Positions 1 to 11,044 are shown, counted from the stretch's first letter. The stretch is 64,000 bases of DNA from Candidatus Poribacteria bacterium (GCA_965198175.1 OZ240245.1:224001-288000); one strand, 5' to 3'. Program-made: numbers and translations. The notes: generated by a model not told the origin, from the sequence alone.

Positions 1-2
1 CT

Positions 3-524
3 CCCGCTGAAGCGAGTGCGAATCTAGCGCGGTACGATGGCGTGCGCTACGGCTTCCGTGCCAATAACGCCGAAGACCTCATTGATATGTACAGAAAGAC
101 ACGGAGCCAAGGTTTCGGCGAGGAAGTCAAGCGCCGGATCATGCTCGGCACTTATGCGCTTAGTTCGGGATACTACGATGCCTACTACCTGAAAGCACAA
201 AAAGTACGGACACTGATTAAGTCAGACTTTGACAAAGCCTTTGAAAAAGTCGATGTAATCGCGGCGCCAACTTCACCAACGCCGGCATTTAAGATTGGTG
301 AGCGGACAACCGACCCACTACAGATGTACCTCTCGGACATTCTGACTACGCCAGCGAGTCTCGCGGGTATACCAGCCATCTCCATACCGTGTGGTTTGAC
401 GCATAGCGGGTTGCCTGTTGGGTTGCAAATCCTCGCCCCACCGTTTGAGGAGAAAACAATCCTGCGAGTGGCGTACACCTTTGAGCAACACACCGACCAC
501 CATCAGAAGAAGCCGAACCTGTGA
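3..524 (+). CDS. gatA: Asp-tRNA(Asn)/Glu-tRNA(Gln) amidotransferase subunit A, 5'-truncated by window edge
   Basis: Frame open from position 3 ([17 protein letters not shown]...[22 protein letters not shown]...[28 protein letters not shown]), typical GatA C-terminal half. Confidence 0.97.
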   Translation, partial: PAEASANLARYDGVRYGFRANNAEDLIDMYRKTRSQGFGEEVKRRIMLGTYALSSGYYDAYYLKAQKVRTLIKSDFDKAFEKVDVIAAPTSPTPAFKIGERTTDPLQMYLSDILTTPASLAGIPAISIPCGLTHSGLPVGLQILAPPFEEKTILRVAYTFEQHTDHHQKKPNL

Positions 525-651
525 AATGTGAAGGACATTATGGCTACTTTACACAAAGTTGACTCAAACGAAGAAAATACATGAGAGCAAGCGGCAAATC
601 CACAATCTTATGAGGTATCCGAATGCACTTCGGCTAGGAGGGTAAAACCTA

Positions 652-1161
652 ATGATCAATACGAAACCGAGCAACCTTGTTTTTGCGCCCACGGGCGGGT
701 TAATCGGCGCAGTTGTCGGTGGCATTCTATGGGCAAAATATATGCAGTGGACCGGCTATACAGCAGGCTGGGTCGCGTTCGCCATCGGTCTCTTCACTGG
801 ACTCGGTGTACTGTTGATGGGCAGATCCCGGGCGATTAGTGTTTGCTTAATCTCCTCACTGTTTGCCATCTTTGGCATCCTTTTCGGCAAATACCTTGAT
901 GTCCGGTGGAACGCCATCGAACGAATCAAAACTCAACTAATCAACACGTATGGAATTTCTTCGAATCAAGCCGAACCAATAGCTCAGACCAATATCGCAG
1001 GTCTATCTACGTGGGAACTTATGAGGAGTCAGATGGAGTGGGGAGATTTAATTTTCTACGTGACTGCTGCCTTCATCGCTTTTTATGTGGTTCACAGTCG
1101 AGTCCTTCATCGGTATTTTTTCAAATCTAAGCAATCAAAGATAGCGCCTCAAGACCCATGA
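652..1161 (+). CDS. Hypothetical membrane protein (~4 TM)
   Basis: 169 aa, RBS AGGAGG upstream, several Gly-rich hydrophobic segments. Confidence 0.75.
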   Translation: MINTKPSNLVFAPTGGLIGAVVGGILWAKYMQWTGYTAGWVAFAIGLFTGLGVLLMGRSRAISVCLISSLFAIFGILFGKYLDVRWNAIERIKTQLINTYGISSNQAEPIAQTNIAGLSTWELMRSQMEWGDLIFYVTAAFIAFYVVHSRVLHRYFFKSKQSKIAPQDP

Positions 1162-1211
1162 GGCGAAACCAACTAATTGAATTCGATCAAAACCGAAATA
1201 GGTGAGAATTT

Positions 1212-2660
1212 ATGAAATCAATGCGACTCTTTCCATTAAGTTGGCTCGGTGGTGCTATAGTATTCGGGTTCATGTTGTCCTTCAATCCGATAATAGCTAT
1301 CGCACAGGTTGAAGAGCCGACCTCCAGAAATCCGTTAGATGATGAACTTTTGGAACAGATTCAATTGCTTTCAGAAGTTCTAGCACGTATACAGCAGGAA
1401 CACCGTGACAATCCTGAACCGAAGCAACTCATGTACGGCGCAATCCGTGGTATGCTGCGAACCCTAGATCCTTACAGCCAATTCCTTGAGCCAGAAAATT
1501 ACGCTGAATTCCGCACAGAAAACCGAGGAACCTATGGTGGGCTTGGCATGGCAATCGGCATCCGAAATAATCAGTTGACGGTCATCGCCCCTTTCAAGGG
1601 CAGGCCCGCCGATCAGGCAGGTATTCAAAGCGGAGATGTCATCAACGAGATCGAAGGAGAACGGACATCGAAAATGACAATCGAGGATGCTGTCAAACTC
1701 CTTCGGGGCGAGCCGGGGACGGAAGTGAAGGTCACAATCATCCGTGAAGGAGAACTTGAACCGCTAGAGGTGACCATGACACGAGATGTCATCCGATTTC
1801 CCAGCGTCGAATCCAAAAACCTCAAGGGAAATATCGGATATATCCGGATTAACCAATTCCGTCAAACAACAGCAGCAGACGTCGATGAAGCCCTTGAGAC
1901 TTTCAACCAGCAAGACATACGCGGGATTGTTTTAGATTTAAGATGGAATCCCGGCGGCTTACTTCAGTCTGCTGTTGAGATTACCAGTGATTTCTTAGAT
2001 TCCGGACAATTGATTGTCTACACACAAGGAAGAAAACCGAGGCAAAATTTTGTAGCGGTCGAATCGAAGCAGCGGAAAAATTATCCTCTAGTGGTGCTTG
2101 TGAACTCGGGAAGTGCGAGCGGATCAGAAATTGTTGCGGCAGCGATAAAGGATCACGGACGTGGCTTAGTCATGGGAGAAAAAACCTTCGGTAAAGCCTC
2201 GGTACAACAGATCTTTCCGCTCAGCGGAGATGCCGCAATTAAGCTGACAACAGCCCACTACTACAGCCCCAGTGGTGTTGACATCCATGATGTCGGTATC
2301 TCTCCTGATATTGAGGTGCCGTGGTTCAACCGGTCAGAAGGTAAGATGTTAGACAAACTCCGCTCTCATGAGAAAATCAAGATATTCATCGAGGACAATG
2401 GTGATGACATCCTTAATCAGCTAGAAAACGCGCGGTCAGCGCCTAGAGAGGATCGCGAGGCATCGGCAATTCTAAGAAAATACCGACAACTTGTAGATTC
2501 ACTTGCAAACGAACAAATTATCTTGAGCGATGCAGGTATAAAGCTAGCGATTGCTCGTCAGACAGAGAATGAACTCGATGAGTTTGAATATGATCCTCAG
2601 ATTTTCTCAGCTATTCAACAGTTGAAAGCCATTGAAATTCTTCGAATAAAGTTAGAGTAG
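1212..2660 (+). CDS. S41 family carboxyl-terminal processing protease (CtpA/Prc-like, PDZ domain)
   Basis: Signal peptide; LDPYS, GLGMAI PDZ, LDLRWNPGGLL, SASGSEIVAAA, KTFGKASVQ motifs. Confidence 0.95.
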   Translation: MKSMRLFPLSWLGGAIVFGFMLSFNPIIAIAQVEEPTSRNPLDDELLEQIQLLSEVLARIQQEHRDNPEPKQLMYGAIRGMLRTLDPYSQFLEPENYAEFRTENRGTYGGLGMAIGIRNNQLTVIAPFKGRPADQAGIQSGDVINEIEGERTSKMTIEDAVKLLRGEPGTEVKVTIIREGELEPLEVTMTRDVIRFPSVESKNLKGNIGYIRINQFRQTTAADVDEALETFNQQDIRGIVLDLRWNPGGLLQSAVEITSDFLDSGQLIVYTQGRKPRQNFVAVESKQRKNYPLVVLVNSGSASGSEIVAAAIKDHGRGLVMGEKTFGKASVQQIFPLSGDAAIKLTTAHYYSPSGVDIHDVGISPDIEVPWFNRSEGKMLDKLRSHEKIKIFIEDNGDDILNQLENARSAPREDREASAILRKYRQLVDSLANEQIILSDAGIKLAIARQTENELDEFEYDPQIFSAIQQLKAIEILRIKLE

Positions 2661-2691
2661 GTTCAACCGAACGAATAGTGAGTACGATAGT
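2661..2691 (+). repeat. Single degenerate unit of the ~31-bp 'GATCAA..GCGATAGT' repeat family
   Basis: gttcaaccgaacgaatagtgagtacgatagt resembles units at 9382, 9430, 37637, 49477, 59488. Confidence 0.6.
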
Positions 2692-2758
2692 TCTTCATTG
2701 AGATGTTAGGCGATAGTTTTCAAGTCTTCACTAGTTTTCCGGTTCACGAGGATAAACC

Positions 2759-3538
2759 ATGATTACCAAGCGCATTATCCCCTGTCTTGACGTTCGAGCC
2801 GGCAAGGTGACAAAAGGAATCGCCTTCCAAGGAAATATTGATATCGGAGATCCGGTCCACATGGCTCGCTTTTACTATGAGAGCGGGGCGGATGAACTTG
2901 TCTTCTACGACATTACCGCTAGCAACGAAAGACGCGATATCATGATCGATGTTGTATCGGCGGTAGCGCTGGAAATCTTCATCCCCTTCTCCGTCGGCGG
3001 CGGGCTTAGGACCTTGGAAGATATGCGTCGTGTGCTTCTCGCAGGCGCTGAAAAAGTTAGTATTGACTCTGGCGCTGTGAGAAATCCGCAACTGATTGCG
3101 GAGGGGGCGAAGGCTTTTGGCAGTCAGTGTGTCGTGCTAAGTATGCAGGTGAAGCGCGTCCCGAAAAGCGATCTTATCCCGAGCGGTTACGAGATTTATA
3201 TTGATGGCGGGCGTCGTCCAACAGGATTGGATGCTCTACAGTGGACACAGCGCGGCGTCGATTTGGGAGCAGGCGAGGTTGTTATTAACAGTATAGATCA
3301 AGATGGAACTAAAGCGGGATATGAACTTAAGCTAACACAGACAATCGCGGATGCGGTTCCTGTGCCCGTGGTTGCCTCAGGAGGCGCCGGAAATCCAGAA
3401 CATCTTCGCGATGTATTCGTCGAAAGCCATGCCGACGCCGCCATTGTTGCCTCCATCACACACTATGGGGAATTTTCGATTGAGAACATCAAACGGTATC
3501 TCAAGGAGGAAAGTGTTCCCGTTCGCAATAAATGGTAG
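2759..3538 (+). CDS. hisF: Imidazole glycerol phosphate synthase cyclase subunit
   Basis: [53 protein letters not shown]. Confidence 0.98.
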   Translation: MITKRIIPCLDVRAGKVTKGIAFQGNIDIGDPVHMARFYYESGADELVFYDITASNERRDIMIDVVSAVALEIFIPFSVGGGLRTLEDMRRVLLAGAEKVSIDSGAVRNPQLIAEGAKAFGSQCVVLSMQVKRVPKSDLIPSGYEIYIDGGRRPTGLDALQWTQRGVDLGAGEVVINSIDQDGTKAGYELKLTQTIADAVPVPVVASGGAGNPEHLRDVFVESHADAAIVASITHYGEFSIENIKRYLKEESVPVRNKW

Positions 3539-3701
3539 TCCGTCAAGGTTAGTTTGGTTGTATTGACAACAGTTATTTCCCCTGTTAAAATCGGTATAGA
3601 AAGAACTGGGTTGCGTCAACCTATACCCATACGAACTTACGAGATGACCTATATGCACCTAGAGTCGAGCATTGATGAACTATGCCAGGAGGTAACGAGT
3701 C

Positions 3702-4712
3702 ATGGAAATCCGGAAAACATTCGCGTGTGCTGTATGCGTCAGTCTGTTTCTCTTGAAGGGCATCGTGCTGCCGCGAAGTGCCCTAGCGGAAGCACCCGAT
3801 AAACCAACGCTTGCGATTACGGCTAACGCGGCAGGCGGCAATATCTGGTTGATGGACCCCGATGGGAAGAATCCGCGCCCAATTCTAGCGATTAAGGGAA
3901 ACCCCGTACCCTTGGGTTTAGTGTGGTCACCGGACGGCAAGAAGCTCGCCTTCCATACCGAAATCAAGAAGAACATTGATGTCTATGTAGTCGATGCTAA
4001 CGGCGAGAATCTCCGACAACTCACGAACCATGAGGCGGAAGATAGTTGGCCGAACTGGCACCCCAGCGGTCAAAAGATAGCGTTCGCCACCAATCGAGAC
4101 GGAAACTTTGAAATCTACGAGATGACTTCGAGAGGGGAAGTTCCGCAGAACATCACACATAACCCTGCCAACGACAATTATCCCGCATGGTCGCGTGACG
4201 GTCGGAAGATTGCCTTCTCCTCCATCCGAGGGAAAACCCTCGGAGACATCTGGGTGATGGATGCGAGTGGCGAAAATCCTAAAAATCTGACCAATCATCG
4301 CGCCGAGGATTTCCGGCCCAGATGGTCGCCAGATAGTCAGAAGATAGCTTGGCTTTCCCGTCGGACCGGGAGGGGACACGTTTATGTGATGGACGCCGAT
4401 GGTGAAAACTTCTTGCAAATCGTAAAACCGCCTAGCTCCGAAAAGCGGGATCCCGAATGGTCTCCGGATGGTAAAAAAATTGCTTGCGTTCACTTCGCAG
4501 GAAATCAGGCAAGTATCCTCATATTTGAGGCGGATGTGAAGGAACAAGACGCAGAGCTCGTCGAAAGACTTCCCGCCATAGGTGTCCCGAACCGGGCCCC
4601 AGCGTGGTTCAATCCTGACTTTGTCAAACCATTCTCCGTCTCTCCCGCTGAGAAGCGATCTCTGAGCTGGGGCTGGCTCAAGCAGGTGGGAGATATGTTG
4701 TCCGGTAGATAG
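3702..4712 (+). CDS. Secreted TolB-like PD40 beta-propeller protein
   Basis: Signal peptide; repeated WSPDG(K/R)KIAF / QLTNH..D..P.W units. Confidence 0.92.
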   Translation: MEIRKTFACAVCVSLFLLKGIVLPRSALAEAPDKPTLAITANAAGGNIWLMDPDGKNPRPILAIKGNPVPLGLVWSPDGKKLAFHTEIKKNIDVYVVDANGENLRQLTNHEAEDSWPNWHPSGQKIAFATNRDGNFEIYEMTSRGEVPQNITHNPANDNYPAWSRDGRKIAFSSIRGKTLGDIWVMDASGENPKNLTNHRAEDFRPRWSPDSQKIAWLSRRTGRGHVYVMDADGENFLQIVKPPSSEKRDPEWSPDGKKIACVHFAGNQASILIFEADVKEQDAELVERLPAIGVPNRAPAWFNPDFVKPFSVSPAEKRSLSWGWLKQVGDMLSGR

Positions 4713-4976
4713 TGTGGTGAAAAGCAGAAGCTATGGGATTGACAATTCACTAGAGCTCGTTGAATTGATATATCCCAATCCTTGGATTGCCTCTTCGGTC
4801 GAGAGACCAAGACTTCACGCCTTTTCTTCGCCGCGGATATAGTTATTAAAGTGCTTGTACCAACTGCCTCTATCCCACCAAGCCACGAAGTTGACGATTG
4901 CGGATTGACCGAAGAAAATCAATCCAAAATCCACAACTGAGAAGTGCGAATGCCCCAATCCTGTGCCGGGTGATTT

Positions 4977-6899
4977 GTGAATCAAGCCTCCACTATCGAA
5001 AACAGCAAGGCAAGTGGTGTTTCCCTGAGAGCGCTGTTGATTGGCCTTTTGGTGATGACAATCAACGCCTATTGGATTTCGGTCAACGACCTCGTCATAG
5101 GGCCAGCGCACAACTATATGTCGCTGTTCAGTAACGCCGTTTTTAGCCTCTTTGTGCTGATTCTCGCCAATCTCCTTGTGAAGAAACTCTTACCGAGATT
5201 CGCTATCAGTGCCTCCGATCTATTGGTCATCTATATCATGGTTGTCATGGTGACAACCGTGTCTGGACACCGAATGACCCGGCTGCTAGGGATTCTAGTC
5301 CACCCCTTCTGGTTCGCCACACCGGAGAATGATTGGCGGAATCTTTTCTGGAGATATATTCCTGAATGGTTCACGGTCGGGGACAAAACCGCCCTGACTG
5401 GCTTTTTTCTCGGCGAGTCCTCCTTCTTCACCCGGCAGCACATCAAGGCTTGGCTTGCGCCAATGCTCTATTGGTCGGCTTTTATTTTTGTCGTCTACTT
5501 CGTCCTCATTTGCGTGAACACGATTGTCCAAAAACAGTTCACGGAGCATGAAAGACTCACGTATCCGATTACCTGGCTGCCGTTGGAGATGGGGCGAGAT
5601 ACATCCACTTTCTTAAAGAATAAGTTAATGTGGATGGGCTTTGGCATTGCAGGCGGTATTAGTCTTCTCAATGGTTTGCACACCTTTTACCCGTTCGTTC
5701 CTGCTATCCCTGTAGGGTGGCAGCGGCTAGCCTTCGAGGATAAACCGTGGATTTACATGGGTGGGACACTGGTATCCTTCCAACCGTTCGTCATCGGCCT
5801 CGCCTTTTTCATGCCGCTAGACCTCGCCTTTTCCGCATGGTTCTTCTACCTCTTAAAAAAAATGACGCAAGTCTTGATGGGGGTTACGGGATGGCACACG
5901 CTTTACTTCGACGAACAAGCACAAGGAGCATGGGTCGGATTGGGCATCCTTGCCCTCTGGGTCGGCCGCAGACACCTCAGGTGGGTGTTTACGCAGGCTG
6001 TCACGGGCAAGCCGGCGATAGATGACTCCAGAGCGCCGATGCGGTATCGAACCGCTTGTTGGGGCATCATGGCAGGATTGCTCGTTCTAATCTGGTTTGC
6101 CTATAAAGCCGGTCTTTCACTTTGGGTCCTTCTGCTTTTTTGCGGCATATACGGTTGTGGCGCCATTGGTGTGACGAAAATCAGGAGCGGCTTGGGCTTA
6201 CCTGTACATGAGATGCTATGGATCGATCCCGCCCGGACGATGGTGACAGCAATGGGAACTCGGGTATTTGCCCCGCGAAACTTGACCGTTCTCTCCTTCT
6301 TCTATTGGTTGAATCGAGAACAGGTTGCCCATCCAATGCCCAATCAACTCGAAGCCTTTCGAATCGGTGAACAGTCCAATATTGATAATCGAAAACTGTT
6401 GCAGGTGATAATTCTAACCCTTGCTGTTGGGATACCGGTGACCTTTGTGATATACCTCAGCTATCTGTATAAACTGGGTGCCGTCAGCTCAGGGTCGTAC
6501 ATCCTGGGGATAGGGAGGGAAAGCTTTACTTGGCGGCTTCATCCGTGGTTAAGTCATCCAATGACACATGACTACTTTACGATGAGTGCGATGGGGCTCG
6601 GATTTGGTATCACGGGTTTTCTGTTAGCTATGAAGATGCGGTTTCTCTGGTGGCCGTTTCACCCGGTCGGCTACGTATTGGGCGTAAGTCCGGGGGAGAT
6701 GGTCTACATTTGGGTGCCTGTTCTTGTCAGTTGGGCGCTCAAGTTCACCATCCTCCGCTACGGCGGGTTGAAAGCCTATCGCAGAGCCATCCCGTTTTTT
6801 GCCGGCTTGATACTGGGAGACTACTCCATGGGCTGCATTTGGAGTATTATCAGCGCGGTATTTAAAATAAACACGTACAACATGGCATGGCACGGCTAA
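4977..6899 (+). CDS. Polytopic membrane protein, DUF6785/DUF6784-like (putative transporter)
   Basis: 640 aa, many TM segments; QFTEHERLTYPI, HPMPNQLEAFRI, WWPFHPVGY, PFFAGLILGD; paralog at 23955-25829. Confidence 0.8.
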   Translation: MNQASTIENSKASGVSLRALLIGLLVMTINAYWISVNDLVIGPAHNYMSLFSNAVFSLFVLILANLLVKKLLPRFAISASDLLVIYIMVVMVTTVSGHRMTRLLGILVHPFWFATPENDWRNLFWRYIPEWFTVGDKTALTGFFLGESSFFTRQHIKAWLAPMLYWSAFIFVVYFVLICVNTIVQKQFTEHERLTYPITWLPLEMGRDTSTFLKNKLMWMGFGIAGGISLLNGLHTFYPFVPAIPVGWQRLAFEDKPWIYMGGTLVSFQPFVIGLAFFMPLDLAFSAWFFYLLKKMTQVLMGVTGWHTLYFDEQAQGAWVGLGILALWVGRRHLRWVFTQAVTGKPAIDDSRAPMRYRTACWGIMAGLLVLIWFAYKAGLSLWVLLLFCGIYGCGAIGVTKIRSGLGLPVHEMLWIDPARTMVTAMGTRVFAPRNLTVLSFFYWLNREQVAHPMPNQLEAFRIGEQSNIDNRKLLQVIILTLAVGIPVTFVIYLSYLYKLGAVSSGSYILGIGRESFTWRLHPWLSHPMTHDYFTMSAMGLGFGITGFLLAMKMRFLWWPFHPVGYVLGVSPGEMVYIWVPVLVSWALKFTILRYGGLKAYRRAIPFFAGLILGDYSMGCIWSIISAVFKINTYNMAWHG

Positions 6900-6979
6900 T
6901 AAGTCAGACATGCGCGGGCGTGCAGTGGGCAACTAGAGCACGCAGCAGAAGTAGTAGAACAGTTCGTCAGAAAAAGAGT

Positions 6980-7003
6980 GTCGGGTTTGAAAACCCGACC
7001 TAC
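6980..7003 (-). repeat. GTAG-type REP hairpin between convergent genes (may act as terminator)
   Basis: Minus strand reads GTAG-GTCGGGTTTTCAAACCCGAC. Confidence 0.6.
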
Positions 7004-7078
7004 CGTCTCAAGATTTAAGTCAGGCTGTACCAGCGGCGCCATGGACCGATTTGGGATTGAAACTGTCCTTGCTTGTGC

Positions 7079-8158
7079 TTAGACCGTTGGCAGTGCAGGC
7101 ACGACATTCTTCGCCAGCAATTCCATTGAGCGCATCCACTTCGCTCTGTCATCCCAGTCATGCGCCATCATCAGGAGTGTGCCAAATCCACCGGTAACGT
7201 CCCACAAGGCATGGAGTTGGCGAATGCATTCGTCCACATCTCCGATGATGCAAAGGTGCTTTAGGACGTATTCCGGTGTCACCTCGTCATCGGGTATGTC
7301 CAAATCATGCTTCATCAAGTTCAACACATTTCTCGCCCTTATGACCGAGATGAGGTAGTCGAACGAGCGAGCGAATGCGCCATTCAGCACTTGGTTCCAG
7401 GCATCTTCGTTAGTTTCGCCAACATAGATGCTGCGCGCTACACGCCAGATTGAGCGGTCAGGGGTCGGTCGGCCCGCTTCTTCAGCGCCGGCGCAGTACG
7501 TCCGCCAGTGCTCAGCTACTGTAGTCGCAGCAGGTACGATATTCGTGCTCAGGGGCATATAGCCACGCTGACCAGCCATACGGCACGCCATTGAGGCACC
7601 CTGAGTCGCGCTCATCGCGACCGGTGGATGTGGTTTCTGATACGGTCTGAGCATTGCGCCTATCCCACGCTCGGGAATAGGGTTTTCGATTTTGATATGC
7701 CAAAATTGGCCTTTGAAGTCGAAGGGCGCTTCAGCTTGCCACAACTTGAGGATCATGTCAATTCCTTCAACCGTCATCAGCCCCTGCGTCTTTCGGTCCG
7801 GTAGGTTGAACAATTCCGAATCGGTCGCTATCCCGGTCTGACCAAAACCACAATTTATACGTCCACGAGACAGATGGTCTAGGAGTGCGAGACGGGCGGC
7901 GACGTTGGCCGGATGATGGTGGGGAATAATCGATACGCCGGGGCCGAGGCGGATGTTCTTCGTGTGCGGCAGCACGTTGGCGATGAAGACATCGTTAGAT
8001 GGGATGGGTTCCCAGGCAATCGTGTGATGTTGGCCGACCCAGGCCTCGGTAAATCCAAGCGTGTCGGCATGAACAACCAACTCGATGTCTTCTTCGAAAC
8101 ATTGTGTACGGTCTTTCTCCGGCGGGTGTAATGGCATCATGAACAGCCCCAATTTCAT
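7079..8158 (-). CDS. LLM-class flavin-dependent oxidoreductase (luciferase-like monooxygenase)
   Basis: MKLGLFMMPLHPP, GFTEAWVGQHH, HPANVAARLALLDHLSRGR, PYQKPHPP, SMELLAKNVVP. Confidence 0.93.
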   Translation of the reverse strand: MKLGLFMMPLHPPEKDRTQCFEEDIELVVHADTLGFTEAWVGQHHTIAWEPIPSNDVFIANVLPHTKNIRLGPGVSIIPHHHPANVAARLALLDHLSRGRINCGFGQTGIATDSELFNLPDRKTQGLMTVEGIDMILKLWQAEAPFDFKGQFWHIKIENPIPERGIGAMLRPYQKPHPPVAMSATQGASMACRMAGQRGYMPLSTNIVPAATTVAEHWRTYCAGAEEAGRPTPDRSIWRVARSIYVGETNEDAWNQVLNGAFARSFDYLISVIRARNVLNLMKHDLDIPDDEVTPEYVLKHLCIIGDVDECIRQLHALWDVTGGFGTLLMMAHDWDDRAKWMRSMELLAKNVVPALPTV

Positions 8159-8491
8159 CGTATGACCTCCCCTTCAAAACACGCTATTTCTCGCTGTTTC
8201 ATAGCAATCAGTGGGCAATGGTATAATCATTATCCCATATAGTATCATAGCCCAACAGTAAGTATCAATCACAATAATCGAGAGTATTGCCTTATGGATA
8301 GATTTATGGTCTAATTTTGCTAACAGAAAGAAGGGAAGTAAATTGAATCCGATTGTGGTAATCGGCAGCTTACTTGATGACCATTTGTCTATGCGATTGT
8401 TTATCTGTAAACGGACAAAAGACGCGAACTTGTGCATTGTTTCGATTACTTCTTGTTGAGATCGTACCTCGTGGGTGATGTAGGTATTCAC

Positions 8492-9362
8492 TGTGCCAAT
8501 GGCAAATTAGCAAATTGACGTAACGAGAGGTTTATGTCATGACTTTCGAACATCCGAAACCGCTACGACTTTTTCCTCGTATTAAACTGGGCGATAAAGT
8601 CAAGATGGTTTTGTAGCATAGTCGCTAGCATCGCGTCTTGTTTGTCCAATCGTCGATTGATGTCATCTATCCTTCGGTCCATCTCCGATGCCCTCTAATC
8701 CATGCGATTTTCTAACATTCTAGCTTGTGTCTGCACCTCATTTTTTTGCCCTCTGCGCAAGTTCGAGATTGCCTTCCACCCGATACCTACTATCACGATA
8801 ATTGTCCCCGCCGTATGCAAGAAATCCATCAAATACACATCCACGGTTTTCCCCCTTTAGATTTGTCATTCACTCGTTGGTTCGTACTCATCGTAATCTT
8901 CTTGCGCTACTGCCGATACCCGTGTTTGTTCAAGGTCAATCTCCGTTTCCATACCGCTCAAAAAGCAAGTTGACACGCGCTAATGCCTGTGTTAGCATGG
9001 CGCAGGATTTCATTGTTTGCGCGTTGTGGTGTGGCATAAAGCCCCCTAAACACGTTGCACGTGTCGGTTCCTATTGACGAAAATCACATAAATGGAAATA
9101 GGTATCAATTGGGTTTGATAAAAACTTGTAAGCCGAAGGAAGGTGCTTTAGCAGAAGTCTTGTTAATGTTTTAGGAGCGATTCGGGGGCGAAAAAAATGG
9201 AGTGCGAAAGTTAAATTTCCGCCAGCCCATACAAGTAAGGAATACATCCATGGACATGAGAATCTCATCATTAGCGAAAACAAAATTTTCGCACGCCTTT
9301 GGTGGGGTCTGATTCTAAAGGTGAGTTCGTCGCTTCGGCGCTGAATCCTGCTTGTTTAACAG
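8492..9362. repeat. Copy 1 of a ~0.9-1.0 kb imperfect direct duplication (copy 2 at 16542-17573)
   Basis: Colinear identity by eye, e.g. ctttcgaacatccgaaac, catcgcgtcttgtttgtccaatcgtcgattgat, taatgttttaggagcgattcgggg, catggacatgagaat. Confidence 0.92.
8563..8844 (-). pseudogene. Pseudogene copy of the 93-aa protein at 16618-16899
   Basis: Same 282-nt span; codon 50 is TAG (8695-8697) where the intact copy has CAG. Confidence 0.85.
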
Positions 9363-9367
9363 TTCCT

Positions 9368-9460
9368 GTAGGTTGGGTAGAGATCAACTGAGCGAATAGC
9401 GAAGGCGATAGTCTTTTCCGAAACCCAACAATCAACAGACCGAATAGGGAGGGCGATAGT
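9368..9460 (+). repeat. GTAG-type REP with a nested GATCAA..GCGATAGT unit plus a second adjacent unit
   Basis: gtaggttgggtagag [unit 9382-9412] ...cgaaacccaac, then unit 9430-9460. Confidence 0.7.
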
Positions 9461-9613
9461 TTTGAACTGCGACAGCTCTGTCGGATAAGAGTACCACGAC
9501 TGCTTGACTGATTGTTTACACGAGCGGTTACTGCGTTTACTCAACAGTATGTGCCTTAACCATGCTAAGATAACATCCCACACTCATTAGGAAGGCGTTA
9601 ATCAATTCATTAA

Positions 9614-9742
9614 GAACCTGTTTGAAAAGTCGGTGACAGAGCTATTGTTTAGTCATTTGAAGGTCAAAATCATTGAATTGTCAAGACATTTACCCTAAAA
9701 TGGCCTCTTACGAAGACGGATTTGGACTTTTCAAACAGGCTC
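9614..9742. mobile_element. 129-bp MITE related to the adjacent IS5-family element
   Basis: Terminal IRs gaacctgtttgaaaagtc / gacttttcaaacaggctc, TAA on both sides (9611-9613, 9743-9745), no ORF. Confidence 0.88.
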
Positions 9743-9745
9743 TAA

Positions 9746-10632
9746 GAGCCTGTTTGAAAAAGAAAAAAGTTGTCTGAACGGTTGATGTTTACGTTTACAC
9801 ATTGGAGCAGTTGATTCTGAACCAATGAAAGGAGTAAACATGAACCGTAAGAGTTATCCCAGTGATTTGACCGATGCACAATGGAAGAAACTGTCCCCGT
9901 TTCTGCCAACACCTCAACCATTAGGTGGACCTCTAAAATGGGAGATGTGCTTAATTATCAATGCCATCTTTTATGTCGTCAAATCCGGTTGCCAGTGGCG
10001 CATGCTACCATACGATATGCCACCGTGGCAAACCGTCTATTACCATTTTAGAAAGTGGGAAGCCGACAATACATGGCTCTTGATTCATCAGGCACTTCAC
10101 GAACAAACACGTCGTGATGATGGCAAACAACCATTACCTACAGCAGCAATCATTGACAGCCAATCAATTAAGACAACTGAACTGGCAACGACTCGAGGTT
10201 TTGATGGGCACAAGAGAGTTAAAGGACGCAAACGGCATCTAGTAACGGATACGACGGGTATTCCATTGATGGTCAAAGTTACTAACGCCAATGTCAGTGA
10301 CAATCAGATAGCTATTGAGTTACTAACAGAAGTGTTTAGCTGGTACATAACAATTCAGTTGGTGTGTGCCGATGCCGCCTATCGCGGAGAATTAGAAGAC
10401 TGGTTATATCTTGCTCATCAGTGTCAGCTGCAGATTGCATCTACGCTAGGGCAGCAGGGTTTTGAAGTTGTCCCGTTACGATGGATTGTTGAACGCACAT
10501 TTTCTTGGTTTGGTTGGTTCCGTCGATTGACTTTGGATTATGAACGCTATCCTAGGACTGCTGAGACTATGGTGTACATCGCTTCCATTTACTTGATGCG
10601 AAACCGTATCAAATGACTTTTCAAACAGGCTC
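9746..10632 (+). mobile_element. IS5-family insertion sequence (IS1031-like group), 887 bp
   Basis: 15-bp IRs gagcctgtttgaaaa / ttttcaaacaggctc; TAA target duplication 9743-9745 and 10633-10635. Confidence 0.95.
9825..10616 (+). CDS. IS5-family DDE transposase
   Basis: YPSDLTDAQW, GCQWRMLP, IIDSQSIKT, KGRKRHLVTD, CADAAY, RWIVERTFSW. Confidence 0.96.
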   Translation: MKGVNMNRKSYPSDLTDAQWKKLSPFLPTPQPLGGPLKWEMCLIINAIFYVVKSGCQWRMLPYDMPPWQTVYYHFRKWEADNTWLLIHQALHEQTRRDDGKQPLPTAAIIDSQSIKTTELATTRGFDGHKRVKGRKRHLVTDTTGIPLMVKVTNANVSDNQIAIELLTEVFSWYITIQLVCADAAYRGELEDWLYLAHQCQLQIASTLGQQGFEVVPLRWIVERTFSWFGWFRRLTLDYERYPRTAETMVYIASIYLMRNRIK

Positions 10633-10633
10633 T

Positions 10634-10860
10634 AAGAGCGACTTAGGACAATACCGCGCCGCTATCGCCGATTATGACACGGTAATCCGCCTGAAACCGA
10701 TAATGCCAAAGCTTACCTCAATAGGGGGATTGCGAAGTACCTACTAGATCGCGCTTGGGAGGCGAAGCAAGATCTGCGAACCGCATTGGAGCTCGCAAAC
10801 CAGTCAGCCGATACGAGCGTCAAAGCCGAAGTTGAAGAAGCTCTCAAGCTAATCGAATAG
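10634..10860 (+). pseudogene. 3' remnant of a TPR protein gene, truncated at the IS and frameshifted
   Basis: KSDLGQYRAAIADYDTVIRLKP, frameshift, NAKAYLNRGIAKYLLDRAWEAKQDLRTALELA...KLIE*. Confidence 0.8.
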
Positions 10861-11044
10861 CCCGGTCATCCGTGAATCTCTGTTGCAGTCTTTGTAGGTT
10901 GGGTTGAGGAATCGTGGAGAGTGTCGAAAATTAGAGAGTGATGTGTTATCATTTGCCTCAAACTGACCAAAACAGAGTTGTACTTTCCGGTTTTAGAAAA
11001 ACCCGCGCATTAACTTTATTTGTCAAGGCACAAGGAGATTGACT

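Noticed and set aside
8174..8491. 105-aa minus-strand ORF
   Set aside because: No clear RBS or recognisable motif in an AT-rich segment; cannot support it.
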